Shown here: piece by piece, positions 51,648 to 64,000 of the stretch
Position numbering within the stretch: position 1 is the first letter of the stretch
How the letters are laid out: each line of letters opens with the position of its first letter
Origin: Mobula hypostoma
Lineage: Eukaryota
Length of the DNA stretch: 64,000 bases
Reading direction: 5' to 3'
Assembly: GCF_963921235.1 (NCBI RefSeq)
Contig: NC_086107.1
Coordinates: forward strand, 94,366,001 to 94,430,000
Translations under genes and position numbers: made by a program
Notes under the pieces: model-generated
Told to the model about the DNA's origin: nothing
The model's input: the letters and a program-made list of their open reading frames with translations, nothing else
Databases searched by the model: none

Positions 51648-53079
51648 CTAATGAAACATTAAATGAAACACAAAGTACAAGCATTGCAATAAAATAATTT
51701 CAATGGTGGACAGGAATCAGCCATGATGTATTGGCAGAGCAAACTAGATGGGCTGAATGGCCTCCTTCCACTCCTATATCTTATGGTCTAATCTACTCCT
51801 TTCAAAAGAGCACCGCGGTAGTGTAGTGGTTAGTGCAACACTATTACAGCGTGGGGCAGAGTTCCGAGTTCAATGCAACATCATTTGTAAGGAGACCATC
51901 TATCCACCTCATGGAATGCATAGGTTTTCATTGGATGCTCCAGTTTCCTCCCACAGTCCAAAGACCTACTAGTCAGTAAGTTAATTGGTCATTGTAAATT
52001 GTCCCATGATTAGGCTATGGTTAAACTGGGGGATGCTGGGGCAGCACAGCTCAAAGGGCAGGAAAGGTCTATTCCACACTGTATCTCAATAAACAATCCC
52101 TTCAAAACCACGAAAAGTTTTAAGAAACAGACCAAGTAAACTGGACTCCTACCACAAGAAATCTGTGTGATCTACTGGATTATCAACAGCATCCCCGAAG
52201 TTAAACAGATGTCTTAGTGGGAGGGGGAAATTCCTGGGTTTGGTACTTTAGACAACTGAAAGTTCAACCAATCATGGGGAAATCAAAATTGGAGATGTAC
52301 AAGAGACTAGCTTCAAAGAACTGTAAACAACTTGGAACTCTGTAGGGCTAGAGGGTTACAGATATGAAAGGGCTACAACCATGCTAGGTAACCAAGGTCT
52401 GCATGCATCGTAAAATGGAGGAGCCTTTTAACAAGTAAAATTTTTTTAAGAGGTTAAACTTGATAAGGCAAGATTAGCTTTGTGTCACTGGATATCAAAC
52501 ATGTCATTTCTGTCAATTCAACGGGCATTGTGCTGGGCAGCCCACAAGTGTCATCATACTTCAGGCAGCCACATCACATGCCCACAACTCACCAACGCAA
52601 CACACAAAATGCTGGCGGAACTAACCGTACATAGTTGGAATGTGGGAAACAACCCGAACACCCTCAGGAAGCCCAGGCAGTCACGGGGAGAACGTACAAG
52701 CTTCTTGCAAGCAATAGAGAGAGTTGAACCCCCAATCAACGAAAGCTGACTCTGCAAAGCGATGTGCTGCTACACTACAGTGCTGCCCTGGAGCCAGCAG
52801 TTTCAGATGAACTTACGTTAATGAAAGATGATGGAAAGCCAGACAGAAGTGGCAGCAAGGAAGCACAGCAGTTAGCATAGTGTTTTCAAAGTTCAAGATA
52901 AATTTATTATTGAAGTACATATCTATCACCAGATACAACCCTGTGGGCATACACAGTAAATCCAAGGAACACGATAGAATTAATGAAAGACCACAGCTAA
53001 TTGGATCAATGAAGGACCTCGCCAAATAGGAAGGACAAACAGCACGAGCAAAAGACGACAAACTTTTCAAAAACAAAAG

Positions 53080-55424
53080 AAAAAATTATTATTGTAATAA
53101 GCAATAAATATCAAGAACACAAGATGAAAAGTCCTTGAAAGTGAGTCCATAGGTTGTGATGGGGCAAGTGGGGTGGATTGAAGCTATCCCCCCTTGATCA
53201 AGCGCCTGATGGTTGAGGGGTAATAAGTGCTCTTGAACCTGGTGTTGTGGATCCTGAGGATCCTGTACCTCCTTCCTGATGGCAGCAGCAAGAAGAGCAC
53301 GTCCCGAGTGGTTTTGGTCCCCGATGGTGGATGCTGCTTTCCTGCGACAGCACTCCATTTAGAGGTGCTCAATGGTGGGGAAGGATGCGCCCGTGATGGA
53401 CTGGGCTGCATCCCCTATTTTTTGTGGGATATTCCATTCAAGGACATTGGTGTTTCCATACCAGGCCATTATGCAATCAGCCTATACACTCTCCAGCACA
53501 CATCTATAAAAATTTGTCAAAGTTTTGGATGTCACGCCAAATCCTCACAAACTTCTAAGTATAGGCACTGCTGTTCTTCATGATGGCACTTATGTGCTGG
53601 AGCCAGGAAGATCCTCTAAAATGATAACACCAAGCAATTTAAAGTTGCAGACTCTCTCCACTTCTAACCCCCGATGAGGACTGGCTTATGGACATCTGGT
53701 TTTCTCCTCCTGAAGCCAATAATTAGCTCTGGCATTGTGAGAGGTTGTTGTGGTACCACTCAGCCAGATTTTCAATCTCCCTCCTATATGTTGATTCATC
53801 ATCACGTTTGATTTGGCCAACAGTGGTGTTGTCAGCAAACTTGAATATGGCATTGGAGCTGTGCTTAGCCTCAAGTCACAAGTACAAAGCAAGCAGAGCA
53901 GGGGCTAGGCACACAGCCTTGTGGTGCCCTTGTGCTGATGGAGATGTGTAGGAGATGTTTTTGCCAATCTGAACTGAATGGGGTTTGCAAGTAAGGAAAT
54001 CCAGAATCCAATTGCACAAGGAGGTGTTGAGGCCTTGAAGTTTATTGATCAGTTTTGAGGGGATGATACTATTGAATGCTGAGCTGTAGTCAATGAAGAG
54101 CATCCTGATGTGTGCATCTTCACTGTCCAGATGTTCCAAGGTTGAGTGAAAAAGCCGATGAAATGGCCCCTACGGTTGACCTGTTGTGACGGTAGACAAA
54201 CTGCAGTGAATCCAAGTCGCTTCTCAGGCTGGAGTTGATATGTTTCATCACATCTTCACAAAGCACTTCATCACAGTGAATGTAAGTGCTGCTAGATGAT
54301 AGTCACTGAGGCAGGATACCACATTCTTCTTAGGCACTGTATAATTGAAGCCTGCTTGAAGCAAGTGGGTACCGCAGACTGCCAAAGCGAAAGGTTCAAG
54401 GTCTCGGTGAACACTCCAGCCAGTTGATCAGCACGTCTTTAATACTTGGCCACGTACCTCAATCTGGGTTGGATGCTTTCTGTAGGTTCATCCTCCTGAA
54501 GAAGGCTCTCACGTCAGCCTCAGAGACTAAAATCACAGGGTCATCAGGGCAGTGGGAGTTTGTGAAGGTTCCTCCATGTATTGACAATCAAAGCAAGCAT
54601 AGAGGGCATTGAGCTCATCTGGAAGCAAAGCCCTGTTGTCACCTATGTCACTTGATTTCACTTTGCAAGAGGTAATAGCGTTCAAGCCCTGCCTCAGCTG
54701 TTGAGCATCCTGCAGTCCGAAACGTTTAATCCAAAATTCCCACCACACGAGGTGGCTTTCTGGAAATTGTACCTATACTTCTTGTATCTTACTTGGTTGC
54801 CAGATATGAATGTCACTGATCAGGCCCTCAAAAGATTGCAGATCTCATGGTTCATCAAGGGCTTCTGCTTGAGGAAGATTCTGAATGATTTTGTGTGGGC
54901 ATACTCATCTACGATTACTTTTATAAAATCTGTGACAACCATGGTGCGTTCATTCAGATCCTCTGTGTCCTTGAACACGGCCCAGTCCACCGACTCAAAG
55001 CAATCTTGTAGCCGCTCCTCTACCTCCCGCGACCACTCTTTTGTTGTCCTCATCTCTGGAGCTTTGCTTTAGCCTGTGCCTATACGTAGGTAAGAACACA
55101 GCCAAATAATCAGATTTCACAAAATGTGATCTAGGCGTGGAATAGTAGGCATTTCTAATCATAGGATAGCAGTGGTCAAGTGTGTTGGGACCCCTGGTGC
55201 TGCAGGTTATATGTTGATAATAACTGGGCAGAGATGTCTTCAAACAAACCTGATTGAAGTCCCCGACAATGATCTGAAAGGTGTCAGGGTCGTCTGTTTC
55301 TTGTTTGGTGATGGCAGCACTCGATATCTCGAGTGTGTGATTAACACTGGGCTTTGGTCGGTATGTAAACTGCAGTCAGGATCACAGAGGAGAACTCTCT
55401 TGGCAAGTCAAATGGTCAGCACTT
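53080..55424 (-). mobile_element. Long decayed Rex/Babar-like LINE (endonuclease through RT to 3' UTR)
   Basis: [46 protein letters not shown] and LLPSGRRYR motifs in order. Confidence 0.85.
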
Positions 55425-58400
55425 AACGTCTGAGTACAACAAAGAGTTGATCAAGGATTTTACAGCGCTTGTGTTCTCTGATTGAGGTTCAATTACTACT
55501 GCTGGCTGCAAGGAGTTTGACCACGTGGGTTTCCTTGGGTGCTCTAGTTTCCTCCCACATTCCAAAGACGTACAGGACAGGGTTAGTAGGTTGTGGACAT
55601 GTTCTGTTGGCACCAGAAGTGAGGCAACTCTTGCAGGCTGCCACCAGCACATCCTCGGATTGTGTTGGTCGATACTGACGCATTTTAAAGGAAGATTAGC
55701 TCGGGCAGGAGATAATACCAGGCATGACTGAGCTCTCAAAGCACTCAATCACAGTAGATCATATCGCAGTCCTACAAACAGTAGCAGTAACTTTGGTTTA
55801 TATTAAGTGTACAAGGAGGCCCAGAACTCAGACAAGAGCAGCAGTAGTGGTAAAGGGATTAGTGTGTGTGTGGGGGGGCGGGGGTGAGGAGAGGCGAAAA
55901 GGGTGGAACTTGTCCACAAAGTGAAAGGGTGGGTGCCAGAGAACAGAGCCCATGTTACCTTGGACAGTTCAATTCCTGCCATTCTCTGTAAGGTGTTTGT
56001 ACACTCCCCCAGTGACCATGTGGGTTTCCTCCCACATTCCAAAGACATACCGGTTAGGGTTATGAAGTTGTGGGTATGCTCAGTTTGTGCTAGAAGCATG
56101 GTGACACTTGTGGGCTGCTCAGAGTACATCCCTGGACTGCTCTAGTCGTTAACACAAATGAACCATTTCACTGTATGGTTCAATGCTTCACGTGACAAAT
56201 AAAGAAAATCTTTATAATTGCATTTAGTCTTACAGTGATCAGGGTTTCAGCGTCAAACAATGACACAAAAGGGGAACACAGCCAAGTCTTAACGATGACA
56301 AGAAACCCATCGAGGCCAAAGGTGACAACAATGTTTCAAATGGTCCGGTTCAGCTTCAGGTAGTTGTCAGAGACAGGGGAATGAAGTCACTCTGAGAATC
56401 AAAGGTAAGTGCATCCACACAGCACCCATATTCTGTAGGTTCAGAGCACAAAACAACTGAACTAACATCATCATCAGACCTGTCGAACACTTCCCATCAC
56501 CACTCGCTGCGGGTTTGCTGGTATTGACATGATTTGGCCACAACACCCAAATGGATCAAAAATAAATGAACAGAATCAGTATCTTATTTAAAAAAAACAA
56601 TCTTGGTGCAGATAGTGCAAAAATCTCCACGACATCTGCCACTACAAAGCTGACATCAGCCAGTTTGGTTAGAACAGCAATGGAAACTGCAAGCAGTTTC
56701 AAACTCCTGGAAATGCACATGTCACACAGCTTCTAATGGTCCCAGAACACATCTTCTATGGTCAAGAAAGCTCACCAATGCCTCTACTTTCTTGAGGAGG
56801 CTGAAGAGACCTGGACTATGCACATCAGTACTCACGACCTTCTACAGATGTGCAGTGGGACAGCAGCCTACCGTGCTGCATTACCATGTGGTACGGAAAC
56901 TTCACTGCGGTGGACAGGAGGGCTCTACAACTGGTAGTGAAAACTGCCCAACATCACCCATCAAGGATATATACACACACACAGAAAGATGCCGGAAAAA
57001 AGGCCCGCAATATCATGAAGAATCTTACCCACCCTACTCATAGCCCTGGAGTAACAATCATTTCACTCTCCTTTACACTTGTCTGTGAAGAATGAGCAAG
57101 CAATTGTGATGTGGGAGACAGCAAAGCATTTTATGCCTGAACTTTGAACTTTTCAATTTTGAAGGATGTTTGAGGTGCAAAGTGACAACTGCATCTGAAC
57201 TTGACTTTGTTAAATTATTCTACAATGTACTTGGCTCTCTGTACTAAAAATAAACAGTATAAGTGGTGGAAACTGAACCCACTTTCTATCACCGGTAATT
57301 TTTTTTTAAATTCAGGTTTCTTCCCCTTTCCTTTCCAGACTGGATGAAGAGTCTCGACCCAAAACATTGACTGTTTATTCCCCACCATCGATGCTGCCCG
57401 ACCTGCTGAGCTCCTCCAGCATTCTGTGCTCGTTCCTCTGCCATTTCCATAGTTCAGGGATGCCCCCTAGAGGCAAAAGCCCAACACTGCAACTGCCCCA
57501 CAAAGAAAAGGTGAGATTACAGCAATAAAAAACCTCCCTAATGTTCAAATTGCGTACACCATACACAACTGTGAGATTCATCTTCTTGCAGGCACCCACA
57601 AAACAAAGAAACACAATAAACCACAAAGACCGACAAACATCCAATGTGCAAAAGAGGACAAAGTGTGCAAATAATAAAAAAGAGTAAGCAACTAAAACAT
57701 AGAACCGAGCTGCAGGGTCCGTGAAGGTGAGTCTGTGGCTGTAGAGTCAGTAGAGCACTGAGGCAAATGAAGCCAGTCCAGGAGCCCAATAGCTACAGGG
57801 CAACAGCTACTCCCGAGCCTGGCAACATGGCATCCAGCTCTCCTACCCCTCTCACCCGATGGTAGTAGCAAGAAGATAGGCAGACTGGCCAAACACAGGC
57901 AAACATGATGAACACCGGTTCATTTTCTGCTCTCGAGTCTCGACGCTTTAATCTGGGTCTACATTTTTAAATCGATGCGGAGCAGTGGATGCGAACACCA
58001 GTTCATTTTCAGCTTTCAGGCCCCGACACTTTAATCCCTGCCAGTGATAGCCAACCTTCCTCTTGAAGGTGCCATACCTGATAGACAGGTTGGCTGAATT
58101 CTTCAGGAGATCATATAATCAGACATCGAAACACAGTGAAAAGCACCATTGACGTCAACAACCAACACAGACCAAGGGTGCGCCGGAAGCAGCCCACAAG
58201 TGTCGCCATACCTCTGGTGCCAAAATAGCATGCCCACAACTTATCAGCCCCAACCCATACTTTGGGGTGTGGGAGGAAATCGGAGTACCTGAAGGAAACT
58301 CACACAGTTCACAGGGAAAACGTACAAACTCCTTACAGGCAGTAGCAGCAACTGAACCCCAACCATTGACACTGTAAAGTGTTACCCTAGCCACTATAAT

Positions 58401-59406
58401 ACCACGCTGCTCTTAATTGTCTTTCTGCATAACACTCTGTAAAGATATCACTATATTCGTCATCCTGCTATCGTTTTTACCTCAATATACTTCTGTTTGG
58501 TATGATTCATTCAAATGGCAAGGAAACATTTTTCACTGGATCTTAGTACATGTGACAATAAACTATTTTACCCAAAAAAAGTGAGAAACCACCACAATGT
58601 CAGAGGAATTGCCGCTCACTTGAGACTTTTAAAATTCAAAGATTCAAAAAAACTTTATTGTCATTCTAACTGTACATCAGCTCTGCAGGGCAGAATGAGA
58701 CAGCGTTTCTCAGGAGCAGTGCAATCATAACAAACACAACACTAAATAATAAACATAATAATAAATAGTAAAACACAACAGCCACATGTCAGTTAAAATC
58801 AAGTTATAAGTGTCCAGTGCAAGTTAAAAGTGTCCAAAGTCCTGCCTGAAAGATACAGTGACACAAAACCAAATGGCAAAAAAGGCTCCTCCTGGTATCC
58901 TGGCCCTATGTATCCCTCAATTCATATCTACTAAACAGATTATCAGGTTCAAGAACAGCTACTTCCCTTCAAATACTTGTGTTAGTGGTGAGGGTTCTGC
59001 TGATTTTGTTCAAGAACTCAAGAGATTTTACAAATGCTAGAAATCCAAAGTAACAACACACACACACGCATGCGTTTTGGGTCGATCTTAAGAGTGGGGG
59101 AGGTGGTCAGCACAAAATCATGGGCCAAAGGGCCCATATTGTGTTGTGATGTTGTGTTCTATCAACCCTAATCACTACAGTTTAGCAACACAATGGCCAC
59201 CTTGATTACTTTGCACTTTTTTGTTCTAATTGTGCTCTTTCTTGTAAAATTTCAGCACAAATTATGGTTTTTTTTTGTGAATGGTGCTTATATTCTGCTA
59301 AGTGCCTGTTATGCAGCTGCAAGTTAAGCTTTTCATTGTATCCGTGCATCTGAGAATAATGACTCTGACTCCAAGGTCGCTGTAGGACCTAACTGTGCAG
59401 AAATTA

Positions 59407-59552
59407 AACGCAAACAACAGGAATTCTGCAGATGCTGGAAATTCAAGGACGGAGGGTCCTGACGAAGGGTCTCGGCCTGAAACGTCGACTGCGCCTCTTC
59501 CTATAGATGCTGCTTGGCCTGCTGCGTTCACCAGCAACTTTGATGTATGTTG
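59407..59552 (+). mobile_element. 146-bp Penelope terminal-repeat mini-insertion with hammerhead motif
   Basis: TSD TGTGCAGAAATTA at 59394-59406 and 59553-59565; GTC-CTGACGA-AGGGTCTCGGCCT-GAAACGTC-GAC at 59456-59489. Confidence 0.85.
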
Positions 59553-59823
59553 TGTGCAGAAATTAGCTGTTTCCTACATGATGCAAGACTCAAATTTATT
59601 TATCACTTGTACATCGAAGCATACAGTGCAATGCATTGTTTGTGTTAACAACCAACACATCCGAGGTTGCACTGGGGGCAGCCCGCAAATGTCGCCAGCC
59701 ATTCCAGACCTACAATGATTCACTTCAAAAGTACTTTATATCAGATGTCAAGTCTTAATACGCAGATGTCATAAACAACATTTCTTAATCAATTGCTTTA
59801 ACACTCACAGGAACAGTAAATAC

Positions 59824-59992
59824 CTGATTTCAAAGTCTATGTTGGCCTCATATGCTTGATAGTTGGACATTGGCGTTGAGCCAAAGCGGAAACCTTGCTC
59901 CAGCAAGCGTTTAGCTGGGGCAATGAGACGAGGTAGTGCCATTGTGATTTTCAAGAATGGTGACTTCTTGTTTCCCCCATAGCCGTACATAT
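59824..59992 (-). CDS. POLD1: POLD1 coding exon (exon 6 equivalent), 169 nt
   Basis: tacag|AT ATG...ATC AG|gtat; MYGYGGNKKSPFLKITMALPRLIAPAKRLLEQGFRFGSTPMSNYQAYEANIDFEIR. Confidence 0.96.
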
Positions 59993-61683
59993 CTGTAACA
60001 GCACATTCATCCATTAGAGGCAACCACTCAGCAATATTTTTATTTTATTTATTTAGAGATGCAGAACAGAACAACCCCTTCTGGCCACCCAGGAACCCAC
60101 CTACTTAACCTGAGCCTAATCATGGGACAATTTACAGTGACCAATTAACCTACTGACCCGTATATCTTTGGACTGTGGGAGGAAACCGGAACACCCGGAG
60201 AAAACCCACACAGTCATGGCGAGAACATACAAACTCCTTACAGTCAATGCCAAAACTGCACTCTGAACTCCGACACCCCAAGCTGTAATATATTAGTTAT
60301 ACTGCACAGAAACAGGTCCTATTCCACGCCAACCAAGATATCTATCTGAGCTGGTCCCATTTATCTACTTTTGCCCTGAATGAAAAAGTTACCCCCCACC
60401 CCAGTCTCTTTTACATCTTTCTCCTCTCACTCAATCTACCCTGGGGAGAAAAAAAAAAGGACTGTGACCATCCACCTTATCAATGTCCATCATGATCTTA
60501 TAACCCTCTATAAAGTCACTCATCAACCTCCTATACTCCAAGGAATAAAGACCCACATGGCCCAGTTTCACCTTATAAGGAGTTTTCACTGGTTGGGATA
60601 AGCTTTGAAATATCATAAAGGGATATGAAAGGAGTTATTGAACTGGATTTTTTTCTTTATAATCTAAAGAGCCACAGAGCAACACAGGTCTTTCAGCCCA
60701 GTTCATCCATCCCAACCAACATGACCATTTAAATGAGTCTTTTTGCCCCAGCATTCCCCTAAATCTTTCCCATCAGTATACTTCATTGGGCAGCTTGTTC
60801 CACATACACCACCCTCTGCATTAGGTTCCTCCTTAGTTCCATTTTAACCCCTTCCCCACTCACCTTAAACCTATGCTCTAGTTTTTAATTCCATTAGTTT
60901 GAGAAAAACAAAGACAGTATTCACCCTATCTATGCTACTCCATAGATTCACCTCTGCAAGTCCTATGCGTGAAGGAATAAAGTCCCAGGCTGTCCACCCT
61001 CTCCCAGTAACTCAGGCCCTCAACTCCTGGCAATATGCTCATAGACTTTCTTTGCACTCTTTCCAGCTTAATGACAGATTCACTCTAAAAGGTAAACAAA
61101 ACTGCACACAATTCTCCAGCCTCACCAACATCCTATAGACCTAACATAACGTCCCATTGCCTGACAGAATTCACTCTTCTCCAGTGTCTGCACAATCTCC
61201 CTCCTCCAGCAACGTACAAGTTTTTGTCAGTTCAGAAAGACTTCTGATCATCCGCCTCTTACTACTTTTAGACTTCCTGATGCTCCTCAGGGCAAGTTTT
61301 TGGCCCTTCTCAGTCGCAGAGAAATACAGCATGAAACAAACCATTCAGCCCAATTCAACCATCACAATTCAATTTGATGCCGACCATCAAGTGTCTATGT
61401 TTGACCCATATCCTTCTGAACCCTCCTATCCATGTACAATTCAAAAATATCTTTTGAATTTTAAACACAAGAGATTCTGCAGATGACAGATATCTTGAGC
61501 AACACAGACAAAACGCTGGAGGAACTCAGCAGGTCAGGCAGCATCTATGGAGGGGCATAAGCAGTCAACGTTTCAGGCTGAGGTTCCTCTAGCATTGTGT
61601 GTGAATTTTGTTATGAATTTTGGTGTCCCAGCCATTACATAAGACAATAATTGGAGGTCATCTATATTGAATATCATACTCAC

Positions 61684-61809
61684 TCTCTTTCAGACAGATA
61701 TCAACTGCCAGTACTGCTTGAGAGATGTTATCCTTGTTTGACCTCATGTCCTTAATCACAATGCTATTCAGCTCCCGTTGAAATTCATGGAGATGCTCTG
61801 GACCGAAAC
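61684..61809 (-). CDS. POLD1: POLD1 coding exon (exon 5 equivalent), 126 nt
   Basis: ggcag|GT TTC...GAG A|gtgagt; GFGPEHLHEFQRELNSIVIKDMRSNKDNISQAVLAVDICLKE. Confidence 0.95.
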
Positions 61810-63439
61810 CTGCCATAGGAATTGTTATGGGGTTAATTAAACTAAACCCAAGGAATTGTTACAGGGTTAATTAAACTGAAGCCAACTGAGTGGATACTTG
61901 GGCATGTTACAAGTGTGATGGCAATTGACACATCACTGCAATGAGAAATCACGACGGGCATTTTATTTAAAATGCAAAAGTACTGAGTGTACAATCAATG
62001 CCAGGTAATGGGTTGGGCAGCAGCCATTCAACTCTGACACTCAACACTTCCAACACTAGCAGAGGTTCAAAACGAATCATCAAAGTGCACACATTACCAT
62101 ATACTATCCCTAGATTCATTTTCTTGCGGCCATTCACAGTAAAAGAAACACAATAGAATCAATGAAAAACAGCACTCAAAGACTGGCAAGCAACAAATAT
62201 GCAAAAGACAACAACTTTTTTCACTGTGCCCATGGTCTGCTCTTTATCAAATTATGGTATTGCTTTGCACTGCTGTAACTATAAGTTATAATTATGTGGT
62301 CTTGTCAGTGTTAGTCTTTGGTTTGTCCTGTTTTTTTTGTGATATCACTCTGGAGGAACATTGTATCATTTCTTAATGCATGCATTTCTAAATGACAATA
62401 AACGAGGACCGAGTGTCCTCATAATCTAATCTAATCTAAACTATGCAAATACAGTAAACAGATACACACATACAAATGAATAGATAGATGAATTAATTAA
62501 TTAATTACATACATATTGAGAACATGAGTTGTAGAATTCTTGAAAGTGAGTCTGTAAGTTGTGGTATCAATTCAGAGTTGAGGTCATTGAAGTAATACCT
62601 GCCAGTTCAGCAAGACATATGCAAGGTCCTTTGCAGTTTGGTTACCAAAAATTAACACCAATTCACACCCTACTCCCTGCATCTCGTTCTGCGCTAGCCC
62701 CCAGCTCAGGAGAGAACTGCCAGCTAACAGCATTGTTCAGATTGGCAAGCTGCCTTCACCTCGACTGTGCATTGCAATGCAGAGGTACAGAACAAACTGG
62801 AGGCTAAACGTTGGCCTCACACTCAACTAACAACTATCCAGGGTAGAGCAAAGTCGTGCCAAGCTAGTGGACCAGGTCAACTTTGCATCTTCTTGGCATA
62901 CAAGAATGTAGAACAGCCTGCCCTTCAACCCACAATGTTGTGCCGACTTTTAACCTACCTCAAGATCTACCTAATCCTTCCCTCCTGCATAGCCCTCCAT
63001 TCTTCTTTCATCCATGTACCTATCTACGAGTCTCTTAAATGTCCCTAATCTGCCTCTACCACCACCCCTGGCAGTGTGATCCACGCATCCCCCTTATACT
63101 TTCCTCCTATCACCTTAAAATTATGCCCCCTTGAGTCATTTCCACTCTGAGGGGAAAAAAAAAGTGCTATCCACTTGATCATCTTGCACACGAAAAGAAA
63201 ATCTTAAGCAGAGGGATTAGTTTCAGTAATGCAATAAGTTTGCACTAGTACAATGTGGAGGGGACTGAGTGCACATCTTGGTGAAAAAATGAGAGCAAAC
63301 AATAACAGAGCTCATGTGTTATCTTGGACTTTGAAATGGTGATGCAGATATTTCTGCATCTCAAGTCTTTGTGTTGGATCACAGATTCAACAAGCCGGAT
63401 AAACATTTTTCTGATAGTGTGTGGGTTTACATATCTCAC

Positions 63440-63580
63440 CAGAAGGGGCTAGAACATAGAAGTATGGCATAAACCCGTGTATATGGCAGCAGACGCTGTT
63501 CCCTTCCATTGTAATTCCAAACATTCGTGTCACAGGAACAGGCCCCTGTTTATTCCCAGGCATTCCAGTAACGTAAGACC
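63440..63580 (-). CDS. POLD1: POLD1 coding exon (human exon 4 equivalent), 141 nt
   Basis: tatag|GG...TCT G|gtgag; translates [47 protein letters not shown]. Confidence 0.95.
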
Positions 63581-64000
63581 CTATAAGAGAAAGGAAAAGA
63601 AAATACAGTTATTAAAACTGGAATCTTTGTGGAACGTTGCTTTGTACAAAATGCTTAAATAGGCGGCAAGGTAGTGTAGCAGTTAGCACATCACCTTACA
63701 ACATCAGTGATCAAGACTGGGATTCAAATGACCATTACACACTCTATGTCAACAATCTTTTCCAACCAGAAATATATTTTCTACAGACATTTCACTGCAA
63801 TCTATTAATACAGAATTGTCATATTAGTATCAAAAATTATACAGTGGATTGGAGTTCAATCCTCTGACAGGCATTTTGTGAAAGAGAGAAACAGCTACAA
63901 GGTCTCATTGAGAATAAATTTAATTTGCAATAGAAATATCGGGGGTGGCATGGTAGTGGACCAATTAGTATGATGCCTTACAGTTTAACATTCAGGATAC

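Overview
Repeat-rich vertebrate genomic DNA; the repeat content (HE1/V-SINE-like SINEs, CR1, Rex/Babar-like and RTE LINEs, Penelope elements) suggests a cartilaginous fish (inference). The window lies inside a minus-strand POLD1 gene (DNA polymerase delta catalytic subunit). I reconstructed 11 consecutive GT-AG coding exons (1492 nt, equivalent to human exons 4-14) between 63580 and 3457, with consistent phases and intact ExoI/II/III proofreading motifs. The introns hold a Harbinger deletion derivative, a decayed hAT (SPIN/Buster-type) element, Penelope elements with minimal hammerhead-ribozyme motifs, solo LTRs and many LINE/SINE fragments. The most unusual object is a complete 2-kb non-autonomous Ty3/Gypsy element (23104-25141; two LTRs, PBS, PPT, 5-bp TSD). 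It has no pol; in its place, directly after gag, is a captured fragment of the host gene RABEP1 (rabaptin-5), apparently once an in-frame Gag-rabaptin chimera. Human reference sequences and exon sizes are recalled from memory, not searched.
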